From: a virus
Taxonomy: Duplodnaviria; Heunggongvirae; Uroviricota; Caudoviricetes
Virus record (IMG/VR): IMGVR_UViG_3300013288_000004
Location: 1 to 63,359 of that record
Strand: one strand, 5' to 3'
Length of the DNA: 63,359 nucleotides
The notes below the pieces were generated by a model, which saw only the letters and a list, made by a program, of their open reading frames with translations, ran no database searches and was not told the origin of the DNA. Position numbers and translations under genes: made by a program. Shown piece after piece: positions 20,291 to 30,551 of the stretch. The stretch's first letter is position 1. Each line of letters starts with the position of its first letter.

Positions 20291-21274
20291 ATGGTTGATA
20301 CTGAAAATCTGGAAACTGAGAACGAAATGATAGAGAATACTAATGCCGAAAAACGCGGCAGGGGCCGTCCTATATCTAGGATTGTTAAAGAAGATGAACC
20401 GGAGAAAGAAAAGCGTCCTGTAGGTAGACCACCAAACCCAAATAAAAAGGGGAGGAAGCCATACATTCCGACTGGAAGAAGTCGCGGGCGCCCAAAGAAA
20501 CCCGATCATCTCAAAGTTCCACCTAAAAAGAGAACGTACCAACGAGTACCGGAACACTTAAAAAAGAATCCCGGAAGAAAGAGAACGTCATTATCATTTG
20601 AAAAGGCTAGATCTATTATATTAGACGAGACGATTGGTTCTGTTAAACAGTATAAAAAATGGTATAAATTCAACAGACCATCAAATATACCAAGAAATCC
20701 AGACATAATATATAAAAATACTTGGACCAGTTGGAATGACTATTTAGGGAACGACAATCTTTCTTTTGTCGAACAAGCAGCACACAGATCATATTTAAGT
20801 TATGACGACGCTCAACTTTTCGTCCGTAAGTTAGGATTGAAATCTTCTGAGGAATGGAAAGAATTTGCGAAATCCGATAAATTTCCTAAAGACATACCAA
20901 AAAGACCAGATTTTCATTATAGAAAAAATTGGATATCATGGAAACAATTCTTAGGATACAATCATTTAGATCGTATAATAGAAGAAGTGAGCACCACAAA
21001 GTATTTGTTCATTGCAAAATATTATAACATGCCTATGAATGTTTTTAAAGTGGATGTCACTAATGTAAAATTAGAAAAGATTGTTGAATATGCCAGACAC
21101 CAGCAATTTAAATTAGTGAAAGTTTATGAATATGAAGAAGGATTTGACTTTAAATTGATAGTTAATCGACACGGTCAGATGTATTGGGGCGGTGAGCAAG
21201 GTGACTATGAATTATATAACGTCCATAATCTGATTATGGACTTAGATACTATGTTGTTGCCTGCTCGTTTATAA
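20291..21274 (+). CDS. DNA-binding protein with multiple AT-hook-like motifs and two integrase-repeat-type units
   Basis: RGRGRP, VGRPP, GRKP, RGRPKK; two copies of IP..P...Y...W.SW..(Y/F)LG. Confidence 0.7.
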   Translation: MVDTENLETENEMIENTNAEKRGRGRPISRIVKEDEPEKEKRPVGRPPNPNKKGRKPYIPTGRSRGRPKKPDHLKVPPKKRTYQRVPEHLKKNPGRKRTSLSFEKARSIILDETIGSVKQYKKWYKFNRPSNIPRNPDIIYKNTWTSWNDYLGNDNLSFVEQAAHRSYLSYDDAQLFVRKLGLKSSEEWKEFAKSDKFPKDIPKRPDFHYRKNWISWKQFLGYNHLDRIIEEVSTTKYLFIAKYYNMPMNVFKVDVTNVKLEKIVEYARHQQFKLVKVYEYEEGFDFKLIVNRHGQMYWGGEQGDYELYNVHNLIMDLDTMLLPARL

Positions 21275-21668
21275 ACTTCGCAACTATATGTGCGATTGGT
21301 CTTTGCCAATCACGACCTATCAACATAAATTCTCTTTCTGAAAGAAAAGCCGTGTGTATGGTTTCTTCTTTAGTTTTGGGATAAGAGTTGAAATTGTATT
21401 CACATATGAATAAATCGCATGTATCATTCATTATACGTTTAACAAAGACTGGTTCCGAACCGTAATATGGAATGATTCCAAGTTCTTCTGTAGCTTCTCT
21501 CATGGCAGCAATCGCAGAGGTTTCACCATCTTCTATTCTTCCTTTACAAAATTGATACGCATCGCCCCCAAAAGTAGCATTTGATGGTCGCATGCAGAGA
21601 AAATACAATTCATTTTCCCATCTCATGTAAGGAATTAACATTGCTCTTTTTAATCTCTGGTTCGGCAC
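21249..21668 (-). CDS. NUDIX hydrolase
   Basis: Nudix box GRIEDGETSAIAAMREATEELG. Confidence 0.92.
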   Translation of the reverse strand: MPNQRLKRAMLIPYMRWENELYFLCMRPSNATFGGDAYQFCKGRIEDGETSAIAAMREATEELGIIPYYGSEPVFVKRIMNDTCDLFICEYNFNSYPKTKEETIHTAFLSEREFMLIGRDWQRPIAHIVAKFINEQATT

Positions 21669-21721
21669 GATGTTTTTTTTCTCTAATAAATATTTTTAAA
21701 TTCTACAGGAGAATAAGAATT

Positions 21722-22141
21722 ATGTCAAGAGTTATGCAAACAAGAGCACCAGTTTATAATCACCTACGTAAAGTTCTATTGGATGGGGTGTTGCAGGAAG
21801 TACTAGTAATGCGAGAAGATCCATCCAATGGTGATATTTACTTTATCAAAGTCCAGCATCTGGATCGTATTGATAAGGATCGTTTTGTTAAGATTTTACG
21901 TCGTCGTGACGCTAATCGTTATGAACTTTGGGATTTATTAAGTCAGGTTACGTTGCCAAATGGTCAAAATGCGCTGGTACTATACCATCAGTTGGTTCGT
22001 GTGTTACACGCTAATGGTAAAACATCACTACCCGGTCACGGTTTTGGTGCTGCAACCGGTCCAACTTCACTGTCTATGGCGGTGTCAGGACAAGAAGCGC
22101 CGGAAGCTAAACCTGCTGCAAAAGCTAAACCAGCGGCGTAA
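21722..22141 (+). CDS. Hypothetical late protein
   Basis: AGGAG RBS; TAAATA at 21687-21692; Ala/Lys/Pro-rich tail. Confidence 0.65.
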   Translation: MSRVMQTRAPVYNHLRKVLLDGVLQEVLVMREDPSNGDIYFIKVQHLDRIDKDRFVKILRRRDANRYELWDLLSQVTLPNGQNALVLYHQLVRVLHANGKTSLPGHGFGAATGPTSLSMAVSGQEAPEAKPAAKAKPAA

Positions 22142-22182
22142 ACATAGAAAAATATCCACGCTAAATAAAGGTGGAATTCTTC

Positions 22183-22218
22183 AAAAGAGGGGTTCGAACG
22201 AACCCCTCTTTTCTTTTT
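22183..22218 (+). terminator. Intrinsic terminator
   Basis: AAAAGAGGGGTTCG-AA-CGAACCCCTCTTTT followed by a T-run. Confidence 0.85.
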
Positions 22219-22232
22219 ATATAAGGTGAAAA

Positions 22233-24923
22233 ATGGAAAATACAATTTTTGTGCAGATTGCTTGTTATCGTGATAGACAGCTAATACCAACTTTGTTGGA
22301 TATGATAAAAAATGCTGAACACCCAGAAAATCTAAGAGTATGTGTAAATTGGCAACACGATGACAGTGAATCAATAGAAGATTTTCTAGGTAATGGTTTC
22401 AATATTGAACAAGTATTCTCAGAAAATGATAATGATTTTGACCAATATCTATTATCTAAGGATAGCGCATTTATAATATTATTGGATGTTCCGTATACTA
22501 CATCAAAAGGCGCTTGTTGGGCTAGAAATAGAATACAACAAGAATATGATGATGAAAAATATACATTACAGTTAGACTCACATCATAGATTTGTCGAAAA
22601 ATGGGATACGTTGTTAATAAACACGTATGAATCATTAAAGACCAAGTCAAAAAAACCATTAATAACTGGTTATTTGCCATCGTTCGAACCGGATAATGAC
22701 CCTGCTGCAAGGTTAAAAGCACCATGGAAGATGAACTTCGATAGATTCAGTCCAGAGGGGATAGTACATTTCATGCCAGCTACGATTGACGATCATGCAT
22801 CCAGAACGGAACCATTGCCAGCTAGATTTTATTCTGCTCACTTCGCATTTACGGAAGGCGCATTTGCTAGAGAAGTACAACACGACCCTAACTTATACTT
22901 CCACGGCGAGGAACATTCTATCGCAGTAAGAGCCTTTACATGGGGATATGATTTATACCATTTACACTATGTTGTTGCTTGGCATTTTTATACAAGAAAA
23001 GGTTTGACCAAACATTGGGACGATGACAAAGAATGGCATAAATTAAATAATAATGCTCACTTACGTTGTAGAAAATTATTTAGTATGGATGGTGAAGTAT
23101 ATAATCCAGAGGAATTTGGATCATATGGCTTTGGTTCAGAGCGAACTCTTGCAGATTATGAGAGATATTCCGGTATAAGATTTAAAGATAGAAAAATTCA
23201 GAAGCACACATTAGACCACAAATATCCACCAAATCCATCGTTTGAAAATGATACCGATTATGATAATTCATTCTTGAATTTCTTTAAACATTGTATAGAC
23301 ATATCATTCAGTCAATTGCCGTATGATGATTACACATGTTTAGTCGTAGCATTTAAAGATGAAGATGGTAATGAAATTTATAGACAAGATGTGGATGCCG
23401 AAGAAGTTAAGAGAATGAAAAATGATCCGGATGGTTACGGAAAAATCTGGAGAAGTTTCTATTCAGACAAGAAAGCATATAAATGGATAGTTTGGCCACA
23501 TTCTAAAGAACATGGTTGGCAATCTATTATAGAAGGTAATCTTTATGAAAAGAAGAAAATAGAAGATACTCCAGAACCAATTGATTTTAATATTCAGGTA
23601 AAATATACACCAGATAGTGATAAAATGGTAACCCCTAAAACATTAGAAGAACAAATAAAAACTGATCGCATAATGATACATTTACCTGCGTATAGAGAAC
23701 CAGAATTAATTCCTACCATAAGAGATGCTTTAAAGAATGCATCTAATCCTGATCGCATTATATTTGGTATTTGTAGACAATATAATCCTGATGATGGTTT
23801 CGATAATTTAGATGAATTTAGAGATGACCCGAGATTTAAGATTATTGATATTCATTATACAGAAGCGAAAGGTTTAGCATACGCTAGGGCGCTGATCAAC
23901 GATACCTTATTAGAAGATGAAGAGTTCCTTTTACAACTGGATTCACATCATAGATTCACTGAAAATTGGGATACCACATTATTGACGTGGTATTATGATT
24001 TAAAAAATGATGGACACAATCCACTTATATGTGGTTATCTACCATATTATAATCCTAAAAATGATCCAGCAGATAGAGTTCAAGAACCATGGTTTTCTGA
24101 AGCGGCATGCTTCTATCCGCACGGCACAATTTTCATTAGACCAACTTCGGCAAAGAATTGGAAAAACCTTACCAAGCCATATCCAGCAAGATTCCTAAGC
24201 GGACATTTCGCTTTCGGACCAAATAAATGGGCGAGAGATGTACGCCACGACCCAAACATATTCTTTAGCGGAGAAGAGATTAATTTGACTGTTAGGAGTT
24301 TCACCCACGGCTACGATCTGTTTCACCCACACAGAGTTATTATATGGCACGCAACCATGCGAGAAGAGAGAGCTGGTATGTTGATATGGGATGATCAACA
24401 TAAACGTGGTGAAAATAAATGGTGGCGTCAGCAAGACATCGCTAGATCCAGAATTCGTCAGTTATTACAAACCGAAGATAATGGACATGATTTGGGGCCA
24501 TATACATTAGGAAATGTAAGAACACTGCGTGAATATGAAAAATATGCTGGTATACACTTTAAGAAGCGTGCATTCCAGAAATGGACTATGGAAAATAATT
24601 TTGCGCCAAATCCATACCCATATTCATCGGAAGAAGAGTGGGAAGATTCATTTTCAAAATCATTCTATCACTTGGTCAATATAGATAGAAAACAATTACC
24701 CGGTGATGATTATAATTTCATTCTAGTGGCCTTCGACGATAAAGATGGTAAACCTATCCATACTAAGAATATTGAAGGACATAATCTGAAAAGATTTTTA
24801 AATGGTGATGGACCTATACATTATGAAGAGATGTTCACAATACATGAAAAACCGAGTAGGTTAGTATTTTGGGGTCATTCTTCTTCTAGAGGTTGGGCAG
24901 AGAGAGTAGAAACATCGTTATGA
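22233..24923 (+). CDS. Tandem-duplicated GT60-family (Skp1 Gnt1-like / polypeptide alpha-GlcNAc) glycosyltransferase
   Basis: Two copies of I....(C/A)YR, (S/A)KG...AR, LQLDSHHRF..WD, S.HFAF, DPN..F.GEE..VR.FT.GYDL, each followed by a similar C-terminal domain. Confidence 0.88.
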   Translation: MENTIFVQIACYRDRQLIPTLLDMIKNAEHPENLRVCVNWQHDDSESIEDFLGNGFNIEQVFSENDNDFDQYLLSKDSAFIILLDVPYTTSKGACWARNRIQQEYDDEKYTLQLDSHHRFVEKWDTLLINTYESLKTKSKKPLITGYLPSFEPDNDPAARLKAPWKMNFDRFSPEGIVHFMPATIDDHASRTEPLPARFYSAHFAFTEGAFAREVQHDPNLYFHGEEHSIAVRAFTWGYDLYHLHYVVAWHFYTRKGLTKHWDDDKEWHKLNNNAHLRCRKLFSMDGEVYNPEEFGSYGFGSERTLADYERYSGIRFKDRKIQKHTLDHKYPPNPSFENDTDYDNSFLNFFKHCIDISFSQLPYDDYTCLVVAFKDEDGNEIYRQDVDAEEVKRMKNDPDGYGKIWRSFYSDKKAYKWIVWPHSKEHGWQSIIEGNLYEKKKIEDTPEPIDFNIQVKYTPDSDKMVTPKTLEEQIKTDRIMIHLPAYREPELIPTIRDALKNASNPDRIIFGICRQYNPDDGFDNLDEFRDDPRFKIIDIHYTEAKGLAYARALINDTLLEDEEFLLQLDSHHRFTENWDTTLLTWYYDLKNDGHNPLICGYLPYYNPKNDPADRVQEPWFSEAACFYPHGTIFIRPTSAKNWKNLTKPYPARFLSGHFAFGPNKWARDVRHDPNIFFSGEEINLTVRSFTHGYDLFHPHRVIIWHATMREERAGMLIWDDQHKRGENKWWRQQDIARSRIRQLLQTEDNGHDLGPYTLGNVRTLREYEKYAGIHFKKRAFQKWTMENNFAPNPYPYSSEEEWEDSFSKSFYHLVNIDRKQLPGDDYNFILVAFDDKDGKPIHTKNIEGHNLKRFLNGDGPIHYEEMFTIHEKPSRLVFWGHSSSRGWAERVETSL

Positions 24924-25720
24924 CGGAGTTAAAGGAACGAGTTGCCATATGTTGGACTTGTTGCGGCCCAACATATAGAGAAACATTATTGAAAAAATTA
25001 CAAAACTATTATACAGATGATGATAATGTGTTTTATTTTATAATCACAGATGACAAATATTTCTTTAAAGATGTTAATAGAAAAAATCTTATAATTAATG
25101 AATTAAGAGACTTTTATGATAAATATCCCCTTTTACAACAATATGAATCATATCTAGAAAGTGATGATTCACAGGATTATGCAAAAAAATTTACCACACA
25201 AAATTATAGGTTTCCATTTTCTACTAATAGGTTCCATTTAATACAAATAGAAGATTTTAACATAACAAATGTTATCATGCTTTGTACGGATACAGACGTG
25301 TTTATTGACAGAATAAAAAATTATTTAACAAATAAAAATTATTTATATAATGCTGTCAGTAGATGGTATCAAGACACGACAGAGCAAAATATGACCATAA
25401 TATGTGATATTCTATACGAAGATTTTGGACTGCAATGTGATCAAAATGTTCAAATATTTGACGGAGCTGCTAAATTTTTCATCTTTGATAGTAAAAATAC
25501 GGTAAAGAGATTTTTTTCTGTATGGAATCATGTTATACAAAAATTATACGAAGAGAATAAAATGCGTTTTTTCTGGGGGTCATACGCTGTAAATGATGAA
25601 TATATACTAGGACCAATATATAACGTTTTTGGTATTCATCAGCCTAACGAAAAATTTTCTTATGCGGAATTGTTCGAAGTAAATCACGATCCCGCTGAAC
25701 GGTTTTGGTCATATTGGTGA
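24920..25720 (+). CDS. Putative GT-A fold glycosyltransferase
   Basis: FIITDD, DxD-like TDTD, NDE near the C-terminus; lies in the GT operon. Confidence 0.6.
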   Translation: MTELKERVAICWTCCGPTYRETLLKKLQNYYTDDDNVFYFIITDDKYFFKDVNRKNLIINELRDFYDKYPLLQQYESYLESDDSQDYAKKFTTQNYRFPFSTNRFHLIQIEDFNITNVIMLCTDTDVFIDRIKNYLTNKNYLYNAVSRWYQDTTEQNMTIICDILYEDFGLQCDQNVQIFDGAAKFFIFDSKNTVKRFFSVWNHVIQKLYEENKMRFFWGSYAVNDEYILGPIYNVFGIHQPNEKFSYAELFEVNHDPAERFWSYW

Positions 25721-25734
25721 TACAGGATAACATT

Positions 25735-27423
25735 ATGAATAATTGTACAATAGTAACGGGTCTTTGGAACATAAACAGATCTAATAGGTCTTTTGATCAT
25801 TATATAGATAATTTCAAGCGATTTTTAGACATCCCACAGAATCTATTCATCTACATACCGAAAGAGTTGGAATACCTTGTGTGGGAAAAGAGGAATAGAA
25901 ATAATACATATGTAAAAGTATATGAATTGTATGATATTAAAAGATTATACCAACCATTCTGGGATGTTACTCAAAAAATACGCAATGATGATAATTGGAA
26001 AAATTTGGCAGGATGGCTACCAGAATCTCCACAGGCTAGTCTAGAATGGTACAATCCAATTGTACAATCTAAAATGTTCATGCTAAATGATGTAACGATA
26101 TGGAATCCATTCGGTAGCGAGTATTTTTTCTGGTTGGACGCTGGCATAACAAACACAGTTCCGCATACTCACTTAGTAGAAAACAACGTTCTTGATAAAC
26201 TAACAGAGTATGCAAATCCATTTTTATTTCTTAGTTATCCATATGTGGCCAATACGGAAATACACGGTTTTGATTTTGATAAAATTAACAAATATGCCGG
26301 AAAAAAGGTTGAATATGTTTGTAGAGGTGGATTATTTGGAGGACACAAACAACAAATAAACGAAGCTAATGCCACTTATTACTCTATTCTATCTAGAACT
26401 CTAAATGAGGGTTGTATGGGGACAGAAGAGAGTATATTTACAATCATGTCACACAATCAACCGGACATATATCGAAGATATGAATTAGATGGGAATGGAT
26501 TAATAGTAAAATTCACACAGGCTATTATAGATGGTAACGTAAAAATAACAGAGCCGGATAAGAAGAAAATGGCCAACACAAAAAGATATTCTGATAATGA
26601 TATAAAAAGATATAAAACAAACCTTTACATATTGACATTCAATTTTCCAGAGCAGTTGTTACATACTATAAAATCCATGGAAAAGACACCAGAATTGCTT
26701 ACCAAACCAAACCTGATTCTTATCGACAATTCTACTGATCCAGATGCAAAAATTAAGAATAAACAAATAGCAAACGAACGCAATTTTGAATATGTAGATA
26801 TGGGTGGGAATACCGGTATATGTGGTGGTAGGCAAAGAGCCGCTGAACATTTTGATGCTTCTGGCGCAGACTTTATGTTGTTTTTTGAGGATGACATGAC
26901 CGTAAATCCACCAGAATATTCCGGTCAGGTATGTAGAAATGGATTTAGAAAATACATACCAAATCTATACAACATTATCCATAAAATAATGTTAATAAAT
27001 GAATTTGATTTCTTGAAATTGACATTTACGGAAGTATACTTTGACAATGACAAACAATGTTCGTGGTATAACGTTCCTCAACATATACGAAGCAGGGATT
27101 GGCCGGATTATGATAAATTACCGATACAAGGTTTAGACCCGAACGCCCCATTAACCAATTTTAAAAATATTAGAAATCTGGATGGGGTTACTTATGTAGA
27201 TGGCGAAATTTATTATGCCAACTGGCCAATGATCGTATCTAAAAATGGAAATAAGAAAATGTTTATAGATACAAAATGGGCGCATCCATATGAACAGACA
27301 TGGATGTCACATATGTATCAAATGACAAAAGCTGGTGAATTGAAACCAGCCATATTATTGGCATCTCCAATATGGCATGATAGAATAAAACATTATAAAC
27401 CAAACGAGAGAAGAGAAAATTAA
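25735..27423 (+). CDS. HtrL/YibB (WlaTC)-family glycosyltransferase fused to a GT2-like domain
   Basis: TIVTGLWNI, YFFWLDAG, GGLFGG, GTEESI; then LIDNS, NTGICGGR, FFEDD. Confidence 0.8.
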   Translation: MNNCTIVTGLWNINRSNRSFDHYIDNFKRFLDIPQNLFIYIPKELEYLVWEKRNRNNTYVKVYELYDIKRLYQPFWDVTQKIRNDDNWKNLAGWLPESPQASLEWYNPIVQSKMFMLNDVTIWNPFGSEYFFWLDAGITNTVPHTHLVENNVLDKLTEYANPFLFLSYPYVANTEIHGFDFDKINKYAGKKVEYVCRGGLFGGHKQQINEANATYYSILSRTLNEGCMGTEESIFTIMSHNQPDIYRRYELDGNGLIVKFTQAIIDGNVKITEPDKKKMANTKRYSDNDIKRYKTNLYILTFNFPEQLLHTIKSMEKTPELLTKPNLILIDNSTDPDAKIKNKQIANERNFEYVDMGGNTGICGGRQRAAEHFDASGADFMLFFEDDMTVNPPEYSGQVCRNGFRKYIPNLYNIIHKIMLINEFDFLKLTFTEVYFDNDKQCSWYNVPQHIRSRDWPDYDKLPIQGLDPNAPLTNFKNIRNLDGVTYVDGEIYYANWPMIVSKNGNKKMFIDTKWAHPYEQTWMSHMYQMTKAGELKPAILLASPIWHDRIKHYKPNERREN

Positions 27424-27453
27424 TAAATAAATGATAAATTTTAAATAATAATA

Positions 27454-28020
27454 ATGACAAAATTCAATTCAACTGGGTATTTCGTATATAAAAATCTGAA
27501 GGCTATGCAGAGTAATATGTCCTTTGATCTTTTTGATGAATTTTTACAAAAAGAAAAATTTGATAATGTAATAGAGATAGGGACGGCCTTTGGTGGATTG
27601 TGTTTATTCCTATACGAAAAATCATTGGAATATAATTATAATTTTATGTCATTTGATATTGCGGATAGAATATATGACAAACACTTAACAATGGGTAGAA
27701 TAGTATTAGATATATTTTCGGAAGACGCTATTAATATTGTTAAAAAACAGCTAGAAAATGGTAAATGTTTAATACTGTGTGATGGTGGTAATAAAATAAA
27801 AGAATTCAATTTCTTTTATGAACTATTAAAGCCGAATGATTTTATAATGGCACATGATTATGCTAAAAGTGTCGAGCATTTTAACAACAATATAAAAGAT
27901 ACTTATTGGAATTGGTGTGAAATAATAGATTCAGATGTTGCAAAAGCTTTAGAAAATCTACAAAAATATAAAGATATAGATTTTGAAAAATGTGCGTGGT
28001 TATGCTGTGAAAAACAATAA
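27454..28020 (+). CDS. Class I SAM-dependent methyltransferase (CmcI/Methyltransf_24-like)
   Basis: VIEIGTAFGG, SFD, LCDGG, LLKP.D.IMAHD. Confidence 0.85.
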   Translation: MTKFNSTGYFVYKNLKAMQSNMSFDLFDEFLQKEKFDNVIEIGTAFGGLCLFLYEKSLEYNYNFMSFDIADRIYDKHLTMGRIVLDIFSEDAINIVKKQLENGKCLILCDGGNKIKEFNFFYELLKPNDFIMAHDYAKSVEHFNNNIKDTYWNWCEIIDSDVAKALENLQKYKDIDFEKCAWLCCEKQ

Positions 28021-28879
28021 TATTATATTTGTTACATGTATATACGATGGATATAATGGTACTATATTTGGAGGAAGAAAGAGTAGAAAAACATATTATA
28101 TGGAATCATTAAAAAGTATATGCAATATTGGTCACACTATATATTGTTTTACATCCGAAAATCTTTATGACGAATTGTCCTCACATTTTTCACAATTTAA
28201 TAACTTGATTCTTATAAAAAAAGAATTAACGGAATTTTGGTTTTCTAATAGTATATTAGAAATAAAAAATGAGAAACCTGATTTGTTTGTGTCGCCGATT
28301 TTTTGGAAAGATAGAAATTGTCACATCATGTGGGGTAAAACTGAAATGTTAAAAATAATCATGAAGAAAGAAAATCCAAATTATATTTTTTGGATTGATG
28401 CAGGTCTTTCATCTGATCAACTTTTCCCGCATGAATATTTTCCCAATCCTAAAAATAGAAATTATTCCGTTGGAATCTTTAATAATTATTTTATTATGGA
28501 AATTATAAAACATATCAAGAACAGAATAATATCCATACATCACACAGTCCCGAATAATAGACCACTCCCAGAAAAATACTATAATATTACTTCAAATAGA
28601 CGAACACACGCAATGTTAGGAGGTTTTTTCGGAGGCAGAGTAGAGCATATGGATATTTTTTGTTGCGTATGCACATCTAAAATTTTAGATATAATCAATA
28701 ACAAAGAATTATTTTCTGAAGAATCTATCTATTCCACTATAGTACACGAAAATGAAAACATATTTAGAATACAAATGTTTGATTCATTTTATCATAAAGA
28801 TTGGGGAAATCGTTATAATGAAAATAGAAAACCGTTCAGTGATTGTTTTAAACAATTCATAAAAAATGAACAGACTTAA
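27983..28879 (+). CDS. HtrL/YibB-family glycosyltransferase
   Basis: FVTCIY, YIFWIDAG, GGFFGG, SEESI; likely GTG start at 28007. Confidence 0.78.
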   Translation: MKNVRGYAVKNNNIIFVTCIYDGYNGTIFGGRKSRKTYYMESLKSICNIGHTIYCFTSENLYDELSSHFSQFNNLILIKKELTEFWFSNSILEIKNEKPDLFVSPIFWKDRNCHIMWGKTEMLKIIMKKENPNYIFWIDAGLSSDQLFPHEYFPNPKNRNYSVGIFNNYFIMEIIKHIKNRIISIHHTVPNNRPLPEKYYNITSNRRTHAMLGGFFGGRVEHMDIFCCVCTSKILDIINNKELFSEESIYSTIVHENENIFRIQMFDSFYHKDWGNRYNENRKPFSDCFKQFIKNEQT

Positions 28880-29032
28880 GATTAATTTTATACCCTCTGA
28901 TAATTTTGGAGATGCGTTAAATCAATACATCCTATTTAAGAAAGGAATCCCTTTTCACTATTGTCACCATGAAATAGAAAATAAGATAACTCTGGTAGGC
29001 AGTACACTAACAGTTAGTTAAAATATGTCTTT

Positions 29033-30289
29033 TTATACCAAATGACAAACAACGCCACTGGAAACAGATTTTAACCTCAACGAAACGCCTTCAAAATTTT
29101 GAAGGCGAAAAAGCTTTCGATAACTGAGTTTCGTTCGCTTTTTGAACCAATCATATAAATTTATCCACGAAACATCATCGATCTCAAAACCTAACATTTC
29201 CTTCCAACGGGTAGTTATGGCTTTTAAATCAACTTCAGGAAAATTTGTAACTGATTGATTTGTAAGGAATTGTCGCGCTCTTCGCGACAATTCCATTGCT
29301 GCTGCTATTGAATCATATTCTTCGGGCTGCGTCAAGCAGCCCACAAAAGATGAATAAAAAGCAGGTATTTCTTTGTACTTTATTCCATTTATGTTACATT
29401 TTTTTACAAGATTTTGTACTAATTTTGATCTGTTCCAGCTATTGTTCACAAGTCGGTTGAAGTTCTTGCCCTTTTTATGATCTTTTGACTTCATATTCAA
29501 ATCTTCAAAAGCTATCAATTCCACTCTGTGATGGCGCGCAAGCGCCACAATTCTAGAGTTGATCTCACATGTCTCATGTAACTTTTTGTTTTTATTAGTA
29601 ATTTTGTTCAAAATGGAAAGATCAATGATCTCTTTGTAACGGATTGTCTGGTTGTCCATGACAACCAGACCAATGTAATTTGGGTTCATGTCAAATGATA
29701 GAATTCTATTTTTTATAGGCTTGCGCGTGCTGGCATCCGCCAGCACAGCCTCATCAAAAATCACAATGACTTCATTTCTAAGGATTTCTAATGAAAAACA
29801 TGCCTTTTTGTCTTCGCATAAATCTTGCAGGCGGCGCAAAGCGCCTAGCCTGCGATCATTTTTAAGATCAATTTCATAGATCAAACCGCAACGCGGTTTG
29901 AAAATGATTTTTTGATTTAAAAGATCAAATGATGCCTTGCGATTGCCTGCGGCATCGCAAGATGATCCTCTTAGATAAATCGAAGGATTTCTCTTTTTAT
30001 CCCATTCTGTCTTGTTTTCTGTCTTTTTGTATTTTAATCTTTCGAAAAGCTTACGACCACCAAATACAACTTTCTCTTTGTTTTTCAATGACTTAGCTGA
30101 ATTTACAGCCATCTTTACAAAAGATGCATCCAATAAATCTATATTAATCAACAATTTGCAGGCTTTCTCTATTTCTGTGACAGATTTTTCTTCAATCCAT
30201 CGGTTGTGCGCGAAGCGCACAACATTGTTGAATTGCTTAAAATAATCTTCCGGAATGGAATGAGAGCACGCAAGCTTATAAGAGATCAC
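29033..30289 (-). CDS. tnpB: TnpB RNA-guided nuclease, IS607-associated type
   Basis: N-terminal QFNNVVRFAHNR; RuvC-I SFDMNPNYIG, RuvC-II AFEDL, RuvC-III YDSIAAA; no CxxC Zn finger. Confidence 0.9.
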   Translation of the reverse strand: MISYKLACSHSIPEDYFKQFNNVVRFAHNRWIEEKSVTEIEKACKLLINIDLLDASFVKMAVNSAKSLKNKEKVVFGGRKLFERLKYKKTENKTEWDKKRNPSIYLRGSSCDAAGNRKASFDLLNQKIIFKPRCGLIYEIDLKNDRRLGALRRLQDLCEDKKACFSLEILRNEVIVIFDEAVLADASTRKPIKNRILSFDMNPNYIGLVVMDNQTIRYKEIIDLSILNKITNKNKKLHETCEINSRIVALARHHRVELIAFEDLNMKSKDHKKGKNFNRLVNNSWNRSKLVQNLVKKCNINGIKYKEIPAFYSSFVGCLTQPEEYDSIAAAMELSRRARQFLTNQSVTNFPEVDLKAITTRWKEMLGFEIDDVSWINLYDWFKKRTKLSYRKLFRLQNFEGVSLRLKSVSSGVVCHLV

Positions 30290-30450
30290 TGGTCAGGTTT
30301 CTCTTTCTGTTTGATCTTTGCGTCTTCTGGCACCAAAATCGTGCCAGAAGCCGTCTGGATGGCCCCCTCAATCATTCCAGAATGGAACCACGTCTGTGCT
30401 GTTCTGTAACTGATGTCCATCTTTTCAGCAAACTTCTTTAATTTAATCAT
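30286..30450 (-). CDS. tnpA: IS607 TnpA N-terminal MerR-like HTH only (54 aa, no serine-recombinase domain)
   Basis: Manual translation MIKLKKFAEKMDISYRTAQTWFHSGMIEGAIQTASGTILVPEDAKIKQKEKPDQ*; GTGA overlap with the tnpB start; absent from the ORF track. Confidence 0.85.
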   Translation of the reverse strand: MIKLKKFAEKMDISYRTAQTWFHSGMIEGAIQTASGTILVPEDAKIKQKEKPDQ

Positions 30451-30489
30451 TTCTTCATCTCTTTTATCTATTTAGCAGAGATGAAGAAA
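30450..30489 (-). promoter_or_regulatory. 13-bp hairpin covering the tnpA-HTH initiation region, with a late-promoter core in the loop
   Basis: Minus strand reads TTTCTTCATCTCT-GCTAAATAGATAAA-AGAGATGAAGAAA(TG); the last stem base is the A of ATG. Confidence 0.75.
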
Positions 30490-30521
30490 AACGTGCAACT
30501 TTTTTGGTTTCTTGTCATGGA

Positions 30522-30551
30522 TTGACAAGAAACAACATAAAATGCTATAGT
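30522..30551 (+). promoter_or_regulatory. Outward-facing sigma70-like promoter in the IS end
   Basis: TTGACA-18 nt-TATAGT with a TGn extended -10; overlaps the inverted repeat GTTTCTTGTCA/TGACAAGAAAC (30507-30533). Confidence 0.55.

Noticed and set aside
14003-24923. Complete Skp1-like pathway (prolyl hydroxylase then GT60 on hydroxyproline)
   Set aside because: The oxygenase appears to lack its Fe/2OG ligands and is not linked to the GT cluster; kept only as a weak alternative
29033-30289. Cas12-type CRISPR effector
   Set aside because: No repeat-spacer array nearby; the IS607 tnpA remnant and IS ends indicate TnpB
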